Shown here piece by piece: positions 1 through 8,337 of a stretch of 15,571 bases of DNA. The translations under genes and the position numbers were made by a program. Numbering within the stretch: position 1 is the first letter of the stretch; each line of letters starts with the position of its first letter. The notes beneath the pieces were generated by a model. It did no database searches, was not told where the DNA came from, and saw nothing but the letters and a program-made list of their open reading frames with translations. The stretch is from Octopus sinensis (Eukaryota). The stretch spans positions 1 to 15,571 of the forward strand of contig NW_021825510.1 of the NCBI RefSeq assembly GCF_006345805.1, read 5' to 3'.

Positions 1-710
1 GGTTCTAGTTTACAGAAATTAGTAGACGGCAAGTCTGTTTTATTTGCAGGCATCTAGAACTAGAGGAGAATATTAATCCTTGACCAGTAAAAACAGCTAA
101 TTTATTGCTGTTGAAAGCAGCTATGAATTTAAAGAGAATCTAAAGAGATACAAGGTCAGGGTTTAGGGGTCAAAGGCTAAAAATCAAAAGAAAAAACATT
201 AGGAAAATCTAAGTATAATCTTATCAAAAGTCATTAAAAATTATTTATTTAATTTATTCATTTTACTGTCTTAAGGAGTTGCCGTTATTATTCATACATT
301 GACGGACTACAGGTCAAATCTTAGAAATCATTTACAAGGTGTGTTGGGAATTGTCTATCATAATGAAGATAATCATACTATATCACCGAGAGTAGCCTTA
401 TTTATTTATTTTTGAAATAGAATTATGGGGCTTTAGTAACTCATTTTATTTTATTAAATTTATGCTACTTAAATTAGATTAAGTTAAGAATTAAAATTAA
501 AAATTAAAATTAAGATTTAAAATTAAGATTTAAAATTATGAATTTGAAATTAAATAAAGCCTCAATTAAGCAGCGTATAAGTACTATTTCATTTCCCTGT
601 TCTCAAAAAACTGATGCAGATATAAGAAAAAGATAACTGTAGTGTGAGAACTCTTAGTTATCTACTTAAAGCAGTGCTATACTAGTAAAAATCAAGTAAT
701 ATCTATCTAT

Positions 711-1161
711 CTATCTAGTTACGAATATTCTAATCATTAAAATATTTAAAGTCTTCAATTTAGCGTGGACACAACTTGACCTAGTTCGATATGGTTATTC
801 AATAAGTTTCTATGTTTTTCTATGCTTTAGAATTTCATACGTCTCCATGGAGCATAGTTGGCAACCACCCTGCTATTTTTATACGGAATTGCTCTCCTAA
901 CTATTTCCAATTAAGGTTATAATTATTGTTATATTTTTGAGTTCCCAGATTTTGTTTGAAAGTGTGGTGGGTGGTACCAGCTTTATGACGTAATTTAAAA
1001 GACGAGATGTTGATTTCTAACCTGGCTAGAAAATTAATTGTACATCCAATGTAAAAATATTTGTTATTCTCCGTGGATATGGTACATTTATAGATTACAT
1101 ATTTTTTTCCCGCGCATAGACCAGGTGCCGGGCATTTTGATTTTATTCTACACTTACACAC
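711..1161 (-). pseudogene. GIY-YIG endonuclease domain of the PLE
   Basis: ORF 901-1161 (CKCRIKSKCPAPGLC...VIYKCTI...FYIGCT). After small frameshifts it continues TLSNKIWELK...WKIVRRAIPY...GGCQLCSMETYEIL...LLNNHIEL...CVH, with the stop near 711. Confidence 0.88.
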
Positions 1162-1624
1162 AGGAGGAACAACTTCAGTTTTGGATTATTCTTGGGTAGA
1201 TGTCTTAGGTTCCTATTATTTTGATTATCATAGTATATTGTCCTTATTGTTATTAATTTTCTATAGTTGGTGCTGATATCTAAAGTATTGCTATTATTTA
1301 TTGATCCTTCTGTTCATCTTTTAGGTCTAAAGTCCTACCATGATTTCTTATATTATTGGTAATGGTTACTATATTGTTAGTCTTTTTATCCGACTGCATA
1401 TTGTTGTTATAGATATCACTGATTTTTCATTCTCCTTATTTCTCCATTAGCCTTATTTCTATTATTTCTATTATAACATTATTTCTTCTATTAATATCGG
1501 TATGTTATTATTACTATTATGTTAATGTTATTAGTCATTCTGTGGTTACTAATTCACACCATGTTTTGATAGTTACTATTGCTGTTTTTATTGTTGGTAG
1601 TATTATTATAATTGCTATTGGTAT

Positions 1625-1911
1625 TCATGCTGATATTATTATTTTTATTTCTATCTTTTTCCTGGCTAGTTTAATGTTGTTATTATTAATCTTAGCTATT
1701 AAAGTGGACATATTTGGGAGGGTTGAATAAGAAATCCTAACTGTTTTCCTAGAAATAATTCTATGATATCTATGAGAGATTGGGAAATTTTTTCCAGAAT
1801 TACTTTGAATTTGTTCTGTATATCCGATTGTATCGCACAGTTGAAAGGAATATTCAGCCATATTATATCTTTTTTTATTAATTTAGGGTTCGTAGAATTA
1901 TTACTATTCAT
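1625..1911 (-). pseudogene. PLE post-RT (thumb/linker) conserved block
   Basis: KDIIWLNIPFNCAIQSDIQNKFKVILEK (ORF 1699-1911) joins by frameshift to NFPISHRYHRIISRKTVRISYSTLPNMSTLIAKIN (ORF 1625-1861). This matches the IIWFNPP...KHFP...VK.SYS..PN block of these elements. Confidence 0.8.
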
Positions 1912-2107
1912 CTCACCGGAGTTATTGTATTTATTACCATTATTTATTTTTATTTTGTGTGCATCTTTGGTTTATCTACTTCGATATTATCCGAGTTACC
2001 TATGTTCTGGTCAATGCTTCTATTTGAATTGTTGGGCCTGTACGTTAGATTAGCGTTTACCGTTATTTAATTCTACTTTTTTTCGGGCTTGGTGTCTGTA
2101 TTGCTGC

Positions 2108-3400
2108 TTACGTGATTACTGATAACTCTTTATTAGGAATACGTAAGTTCTCCTTATCAACGAATGTAATCTTTTGGTTGTATCCAGCCTTAGTTAACGC
2201 CGCATTATAATGCTCAGAATGGGAGTTAAATATATCCTTATTGGATGATAATTTTGAAATTCTTAATGAAATATTTCTTACTAAAGATTCAATTATATTT
2301 GGGGGATGATTTGATAATTTATTTACGTAATTCGTGATTTCGCCTTTCTTTCTAAATGGGTAATGCAGCTTGGAGTTAAGGTCTAGCGTAATATCTAGGA
2401 AGTTAACTATTTTAGTGCCCGGTTCATACGTTATGCTGAGGTTGAAATCCTTAAAGAACTTATTAATTTTCTTTCTAATCCTTTCTATAACAGATTTATT
2501 ATTACTAGGGATAACAAACAGAGCATCATCCCTATATAGACCCCCCTGTAACTCTGGGATATCCTTGCTTATGCATTTTAATAGATATGCGCCTACTAGG
2601 TTGGTTACCTCAGCCGAATCACTGGAACCCATTGGTATATCAAATAATTAGGTGTATCTGCTCTAGTCCATAATTTATCTTCAAATTCTATAAATGTCTT
2701 CCTAGCTAGTAGCACAATATTGATTTCTTCTCTAGATATGAGGGAGCGATTCATGGCAAATATTAGTGATTTTGTTTGAGTAAGGGGAAATACTAGAGTA
2801 ATAACTATTAATATCGAACTGAATAAAGGACAGACTACTAGTATTAGTTAGAGAGTTAAACATTTTAGAACTTTCGTCCGTACTTAGCCATAGGTTTAAG
2901 GGGAGAAGAGGGGTTATTTGGGGTAGAACAGTATCCAGGATAGATTTACTAAGTCGGCCAATGTCCGACTTAGTTGGACAGATCAGCCTTACCGAAGGGT
3001 TTTCCAAGAAATTCTTTTTGTGGTCTTTAAGGTTGATCCTGGGCTCACACGGTTTAAGCGGCTCTGTTCTATCCGTTAAATTTAGTTCTCCATGATCTCC
3101 ATGGAAATTGTGCATCTATACAAAGGATTAATTCACCCTCTCTGTAATGCTAATAAGCAGGAATTGAGACCCACCTCGTTGTGATTAGCAATGGATAAAT
3201 TTGTCGTCTGTGAGTATGTAATCCCTCCTCATATCTCTGGAAATTCATATGTACACTATGGATTAAGTCACCTTCTCTGTGATGCTATTAAAACTTTTTA
3301 AAATTCTGTGATAAGACTGTACATCATCTTTAAAGAACTTTAATGAACTTTGGAAATCTGTTTAGGTTACTTCATTATCTACATTACTTCATGAGTATAG
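2108..3400 (-). pseudogene. PLE reverse transcriptase (several frameshifts)
   Basis: ORFs 2732-3115 and 2108-2632. The gap between them reads RKTFIEFEDKLWTRADTPNY(fs)FDIPMGS. The catalytic YRDD is intact. Confidence 0.92.
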
Positions 3401-3561
3401 CCTCAACCACTAGGATGTCTAGAGAACTCACATGTATTTTAGCTGATGAGTACGGGACACGTTTATATGCTGCAATTTTTGCAACTTCTAATAAAGCCTG
3501 TCCTTGTATGAACGATTGTACTAAAAAACCTATCCATTCTTGTTGCTTCTTTCTTCTCGCG

Positions 3562-3601
<40 letters not shown>

Positions 3602-3627
3602 ATATATATAATATATATATAATATAT

Positions 3628-3699
<72 letters not shown>
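3562..3699. repeat. (TA)n microsatellite
   Basis: Directly visible, with few interruptions. Confidence 0.98.
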
Positions 3700-3702
<3 letters not shown>

Positions 3703-3720
3703 ACTGCGGCCATACTAGAG
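3699..3720 (-). mobile_element. Short SINE-A 3' fragment
   Basis: ttgactgcggccatactagag matches ttgactgcggccatgctggag at 3870-3890. Confidence 0.5.
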
Positions 3721-3832
3721 GGCCGATATATCCTTTTTTCCTGAGCGTCCAGTAATACTATATTTGTTCCACGTCCACGCGTTGTGTTTTTTTGTGCTTT
3801 CATGTTTGGATTAACTATATATATATATATGA

Positions 3833-4168
3833 TCTTTTATTGTTTTATTGTTCCACTTGTTTCAGTCACTTGACTGCGGCCATGCTGGAGCACTGCTGTA
3901 AGGGAGTTTAGTCGAACAAGTCGACCACAGGACTTATTCTATCGAAACTTTTTACCGAACTGCTAAGTTACGGAAATGTAAATACAGACTCAAAGTCATA
4001 GATATAAACATATATATTCATATATACGATGGGCTTCTTTACAGTTTCCGACAACCAAATCCACTCAGAAGGCTTGATCGACTCCTGGTTATAGTAAAAG
4101 ATACCTACCCAAGGTGCCACGCAGTGAGATTAAACCAGGGACCATGTGGTTGGGAAACAAGCTTCTTA
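3833..4168 (-). mobile_element. SINE-A copy (tRNA-derived), diverged, missing the first ~15 nt of the head
   Basis: Reverse complement aligns along its length with the copies at 4982-5385, 6549-6846 and 11153-11507 (ccaaatccactca, ccaaggtgccacgcagt, accatgtggttg, gcggccatgctggagca). Confidence 0.9.
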
Positions 4169-4260
4169 TATAAGGGCTTTTAGCTCTTATTTCTAGTACT
4201 GTATGCGCTACCCTGCTCCGTCAATCTCAATTAGTGACAATTAAAGTTTTACTTTTTAGT

Positions 4261-4577
4261 TATATATATGTATGTATGTATATATATATATGCATACACA
4301 CACACTCAAGCACACATACACACACACACGCACGTATGTATGTATGTATGTATGTATGTATGTATGTATGTATGTATGTATGTATATATGTATGCATGTA
4401 TGTATGCATGTATGCATGTATGTATGTATGTATGTATGTATGTATGTATGTATATATATATATGCATACACACACACTCAAGCACACATACACACACACA
4501 CGCACGTATGTATGTATGTATGTATGTATGTATGTATGTATGTAGTATGTATGTATGTATGTATGTATGTATGTATG
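4261..4577. repeat. Composite (TA)n/(CA)n/(TATG)n microsatellite with a 172-bp-offset duplicated block
   Basis: tgcatacacacacactcaagcacacatacacacacacacgcacgtatg starts at both 4291 and 4463. Confidence 0.95.
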
Positions 4578-4635
4578 AGGTCGAATACGAATCAGTGGAA
4601 ACAGTAGGTGCAACACACATCAGCGAGGGAAGGGC

Positions 4636-4729
4636 AGTGCGCTGTAAAGCAGACGAGAGGAAGGCCCCGAAACGGTGCGCATTCTCTGCTGATGAACCAT
4701 GAAACTTTATGGCATCCGGTATGCAGAGA
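4636..4729 (+). ncRNA. Two degenerate hammerhead-ribozyme-like motifs (tentative)
   Basis: Motif A: CAGACGA-gagg/aagg/cccc-GAAAC, enclosed by agtgcgc/gcgcatt. Motif B: tctctg-CTGATGA-accat...atggc-at-ccgg-TA-tgcagaga. Neither has a complete catalytic core. Confidence 0.3.
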
Positions 4730-4752
4730 TTTCGACTGAGTGCACCTCCACT

Positions 4753-4758
<6 letters not shown>

Positions 4759-4799
<41 letters not shown>

Positions 4800-4828
4800 C
4801 TCTCTCATCTCGCTCTCTCTCCTCTCTC

Positions 4829-4889
<61 letters not shown>

Positions 4890-4901
4890 CTATCTATTTA
4901 T

Positions 4902-4953
<52 letters not shown>

Positions 4954-4965
4954 CTCTATCTCTCT
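4759..4965. repeat. (CT)n then (CTAT)n microsatellite
   Basis: Directly visible. Confidence 0.97.
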
Positions 4966-4981
4966 GCTGTATGTTCATATA

Positions 4982-5114
4982 GGCGCAGAAATGGCTGTGT
5001 GGTAAGATGCTTGCTTCTCAACCACATGGTTCCGGGTTCAGTCCAGCTCCAAGGCACCATGGCCGACCAAAGCCTTGTGAGTGGATTTGGTATATGGAAA
5101 CCGAGAGAAACCTG

Positions 5115-5160
<46 letters not shown>

Positions 5161-5385
5161 GTGTGTGTGTGTGCCTGTGTATTTATATGCCTGCGTTTGT
5201 CCACCCACCCCACCGATGTTGGTGTGTTTACGTCCACGTAACTTAGTAGTTCGGCAAAACAGACCGATATATTAAGTACTGGGCTTACAAAGAATAAGTC
5301 CTGGAGTCGATTTGTTCGATTAAAAGGCGGTGCCCCCAGCATGGGCGCGGTCAACTGACTGCAACAAATAAAAGGATATAAGAAT
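4982..5385 (+). mobile_element. SINE-A, near full length, with an internal (GT)n tract and a ~30-bp deletion in the body
   Basis: Pol III A-box-like tggctgtgtgg (4992-5002) and B-box-like ggttcagtcc (5035-5044), (GT)n at ~5117-5172, and an A-rich tail. Compared with the copy at 13478-13633 it lacks the ggcaagtgtcttctactatagcctc segment. It resembles the tRNA-derived SINEs of octopus (recalled, not searched). Confidence 0.92.
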
Positions 5386-5391
5386 GTAAGC

Positions 5392-5610
5392 ATATATACA
5401 TATTATATATATATATATATAATATATATATATAGATATATGGTATATATAGTGTATATATATGTATGTATGTATGTATTGTATTAGATGTATGTATGTA
5501 TGTATGTATGTATGTATGTATGTAGTATGTGGTATGTATGTAGGTATGTAGGTATGTAGGTATGTATCACACACACTCACACATATATATTTATATATAT
5601 ATATATTATA
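5392..5610. repeat. Composite (TA)n/(TATG)n/(TAGG)n microsatellite
   Basis: Directly visible. Confidence 0.95.
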
Positions 5611-5870
5611 TCTTTTTATCTTTTACTTGCTCCAACGATTTGATTGCGGCCATGTTAGGGAGCCGCCTTGAAGGGTTCTAGTCGAACAAATCGACCCCAA
5701 GGTACTTTTTAAGCCTGGCACTTATTCTATCGATTCCTATATGTAGAACCGCTAGGTCACAGAGACGTAAACACACCAAGACCAGTTGTCAAACTGTGAA
5801 AGGAGAGAATCACAGACACAAAGACACATACATACACACATAGCTATATACATAAACATATACATACATA
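5611..5870 (-). mobile_element. SINE-A 3' half, diverged
   Basis: gcggccatgttagggagccgcctt, tagtcgaacaaatcgacccc and gacgtaaacacacca match the reverse complement of the plus-strand copies. It ends in the internal CA/TA tract, where the transposon begins. Confidence 0.85.
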
Positions 5871-5874
5871 TATA

Positions 5875-6550
5875 AAGGGTGCGTAAGATATTTGAGGACA
5901 GATTTATGTTTAGAAAAAGGAACATATGTAATAACAGATAATAACTTTATTTATCAAAAAGTGTTATGAGGATAAAAATAAACATTATTTTCTATAATGT
6001 TATTCAATAAAGCCACCTTCACCTTCAACAACTGCTTCTATATGAGATCTAAATGCTCTACATGCTCGTATCAAGTGGTCCTGGTTCATTTTGGACATTA
6101 CTCTCACTATGGCAGCTTTCAAAGAATCTTTGGTGTTATAGACGTGTTCATTGACCTCTCTCTCTCTCTCAACAACACCCCACATGTAATAATCCAATAG
6201 ATTGAGATCTGAGGAATTAGTATGCTAAATGTTAGGGGTTATGTGATCATGGACATTTTCAGCCATCCATTCCTGTGTTACTAGAACCATGTGTGATAGT
6301 GCAGAGTCTTACTGAAGCACATATGGCCTTCCATTGCATACACAGTCTATCCAGGGCTTAACAATTATCTCCAGGACCTCAATGTAGGCGGCGGAGTTAA
6401 CTCTAAGGCCTTGTGGAAAGAAGTAAGGAGGCATCACATGTCCTTCATTGCTGACAACCTCTAAAACCATGACAGTTGCAGGAAATTTTGTATGCATAAC
6501 ACTTGGAACTTCAGAAGGGTCTTCACATAACCCTCTGTCATTTCTTCTGT
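5875..6550 (-). mobile_element. Tc1/mariner DD37D (maT) DNA transposon, 3' half with one terminal repeat
   Basis: One continuous frame at 6000-6550 with two stops: RNDR...VMHTKFPATVMVLEVVSNEGHVMPP...YVLQ*DSALSH...I*HTNSSDLNLLDYYMWGVVE...CRAFRSHIEAVVEGEGGFIE*. I count 37 residues between the second and third catalytic Asp. The end reads TA|aagggtgcg at 5873-5883. Confidence 0.9.
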
Positions 6551-6846
6551 AGACGGAAACTGAAAGAAGCCCGTCGTATGTGTGTGTGTGTGTGTGTTTG
6601 TGTGTGTCTGTTTGTCTGTCTGTTTGTCCCACACACGCGCGCGCGAGCACAACATCACTTGACAACCGGTGTTGGTGTGTTCACGTCCCTGTAACTTAGC
6701 GGTTCAGCAAAATAGACCGATAGAATAAGAACTAGGCTTCCAAAGAATAAGTCCTGGGATCGATTTGTTAGGCTAAAGGTGATGCTCCAGCATGGCCGCA
6801 AACGAATGGCTGAAACAAATAAAAGAATAAAAGAAAAGAACAAAAG
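6549..6846 (+). mobile_element. SINE-A, 5'-truncated
   Basis: Starts at gtagacggaaactgaaagaagcccgtcg and runs through gatgctccagcatggccgca to an (A-rich)n tail. Confidence 0.92.
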
Positions 6847-7077
6847 AATATATATGTGTGTACATATGTTCGTATGTGTATATATGCTGGAATGCGCTCC
6901 GTGTGAATAAGAATGTCTGTGCGCGTGTGTGTGTGAAAGAGAGAGTGTGTGAGTGTGTGTGTGTTTGTGCGCGTGAATAAAGATGTCCGCTTGTGATTTA
7001 AAAGTGTGTGAATCAGTAAATTGCAGAGAGTAATATAAGTATTCGTGTGCCGGCAATACGTGTGTATACGTATGCCC

Positions 7078-7080
<3 letters not shown>

Positions 7081-7122
<42 letters not shown>
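7081..7122. repeat. (TG)n microsatellite
   Basis: Directly visible. Confidence 0.98.
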
Positions 7123-7126
<4 letters not shown>

Positions 7127-7279
7127 CGTGTTCCGACGGGAGGAAACAGCAATGTCAGCTCTGTGAAAGAAAGTCCTGTTATAGTTCAGTGTAGTGGTGG
7201 TGGTGGTGATGTTGGCGGTGGCTGCTACAAGAGGAGGAGAAGTGGGAGGGGAGGTATCTTATCATTCTTCCTTGCCCAA

Positions 7280-7312
<33 letters not shown>

Positions 7313-7371
7313 CTATTTTATCTCTATCTTCTTATTTTTCATATCGCTTTCTTGCTCTCTCTCTCTCTCCA

Positions 7372-7436
<65 letters not shown>

Positions 7437-7446
7437 CTATCTCTCT
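7280..7446. repeat. (CT)n/(CTAT)n polypyrimidine microsatellite
   Basis: Directly visible. Confidence 0.95.
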
Positions 7447-7568
7447 GGCTGTCTCTTTTTCTTTTCATTTTGTAAGCATTCCTTCAGGCAACGCCCACAT
7501 CTGCTGCCAATCACAGAAAAAGGACCAATCGCAGCGTGTGTCTCGTGTCATTTCAAATTAGCACGAAA

Positions 7569-7569
7569 A

Positions 7570-7602
<33 letters not shown>

Positions 7603-7612
7603 GCACACGCAC
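7569..7612. repeat. (CA)n(CG)n alternating purine-pyrimidine tract (Z-DNA-prone)
   Basis: acacacacacacacacacgcgcgcgcgcgcgcacgcacacgcac. Confidence 0.9.
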
Positions 7613-8127
7613 TACACATAAATACACACAAACACGTATAAACACTCACATTACAGCAGGAAACCTCACAATCTCCTTTCCACTTTGTTTAGTTAACTCT
7701 TTCTCACACACTTAGCCTCCCCCCCCGCTTTAATATACCTTACTCTTTCTCTCTCCCTCCATCCCTCCCTTTCTCCTGTATACGTTCTCAACGTATCTAC
7801 ACATCCCTCCCCCCACCACCACCACCTCGCCTCTCTTCCTATATCTCTCTTTGTTTTCAGTCTTACAGTCATCCCAGTTCTACGACACCATTCTCCGTGG
7901 TGCAGTATTTTAGGAGCAGCCGGCTTGAGGACTCTGCGTGTGCGTGTGCGTGTGTGTGTGTATGTGTCTGTCTGTGTTTGTGTGTCTGTGTGTGTGTATG
8001 TGAGCGCGTGTCTGCCATGCTAGAGAAAGCTAAGCAGAGAAGTTGGTACTTAGACAACCGCGAGACAGACAGACAGGCAGCGAGGCAGACAGACATATTC
8101 AGAACGCCGGACAAATAACTAAACATG

Positions 8128-8230
8128 TTCTTCGCTTACCATCCACTTGTCTGAGCCATTGATCTGCGGCCATGCTGGAGCAGCACACCCCCGAAGGATT
8201 TTAGTCGAAGAAATCTCACCCAGTACTTAT
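8128..8230 (-). mobile_element. SINE-A 3' end (probably the left half of a split copy completed at 11153-11507)
   Basis: ctgcggccatgctggagca...ttagtcgaagaaat...cccagtacttat. It stops where the 11153 piece (attctatcggtc) resumes the consensus. Confidence 0.8.
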
Positions 8231-8337
8231 TATTATCATTATTATTATTATTATTATTGAGTGAGAGAGGAGTGCATGCCATCAAAGTGACACTGGGGTA
8301 AAATATACGAAGCCCAATATACCCATCATTACTACCC

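Larger units (their letters stand above)
711..3400 (-). mobile_element. Penelope-like retroelement (PLE), Naiad-like, RT plus C-terminal GIY-YIG endonuclease, frameshifted
   Basis: Collinear minus-strand motifs: LKDHKKNF..NPSVRLICPTKSDIG, FDINSYYSSI, MGSSDSAE, GLYRDD, NFLDITLDL, SNHPP, IIWLNIPFN, KTVRISYSTLPN, then CKCR..CP..GLC, VIYKC, YIGCT, CQLC. The 5' boundary is uncertain; weak similarity may reach ~3560. Confidence 0.9.

Noticed and set aside
481-560. Short taaaattaagatt-like tandem units
   Set aside because: Only a few degenerate AT-only units, which is ordinary low-complexity sequence.
711-1161. Selenocysteine-encoding PLE (known for some Naiad-type elements)
   Set aside because: The conserved Cys positions (CKC, CP, GLC, CQLC, CVH) use TGT/TGC codons, with no in-frame TGA at these sites.
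1542-2651. Hydrophobic plus-strand ORFs (1542-1730, 1763-2053, 2370-2651) resembling membrane proteins
   Set aside because: They are antisense to the PLE. Complements of Asn/Lys codons give Ile/Leu/Phe-rich pseudo-transmembrane peptides.
3443-3470. CTGATGAG as a hammerhead core next to the PLE
   Set aside because: It lies on the strand opposite the PLE, with no stem II followed by GAAA downstream.
4982-5050. tRNA gene (also 11031-11115)
   Set aside because: It has only A/B-box-like motifs without a full cloverleaf and continues into a repeated SINE body, so it is a SINE head.
3384-5580. ORFs rich in YI, HT, MYVC, SL and VC repeats (also at 6655-7561, 10779-11030 and 12625-13035)
   Set aside because: These are translations of stop-free microsatellites and have no protein signal.
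6309-6665. 118-aa ORF as a novel domesticated transposase gene
   Set aside because: It is a chance fusion of antisense SINE microsatellite with a truncated transposase. It lacks the DNA-binding domain and first Asp, and stops before the second Asp.
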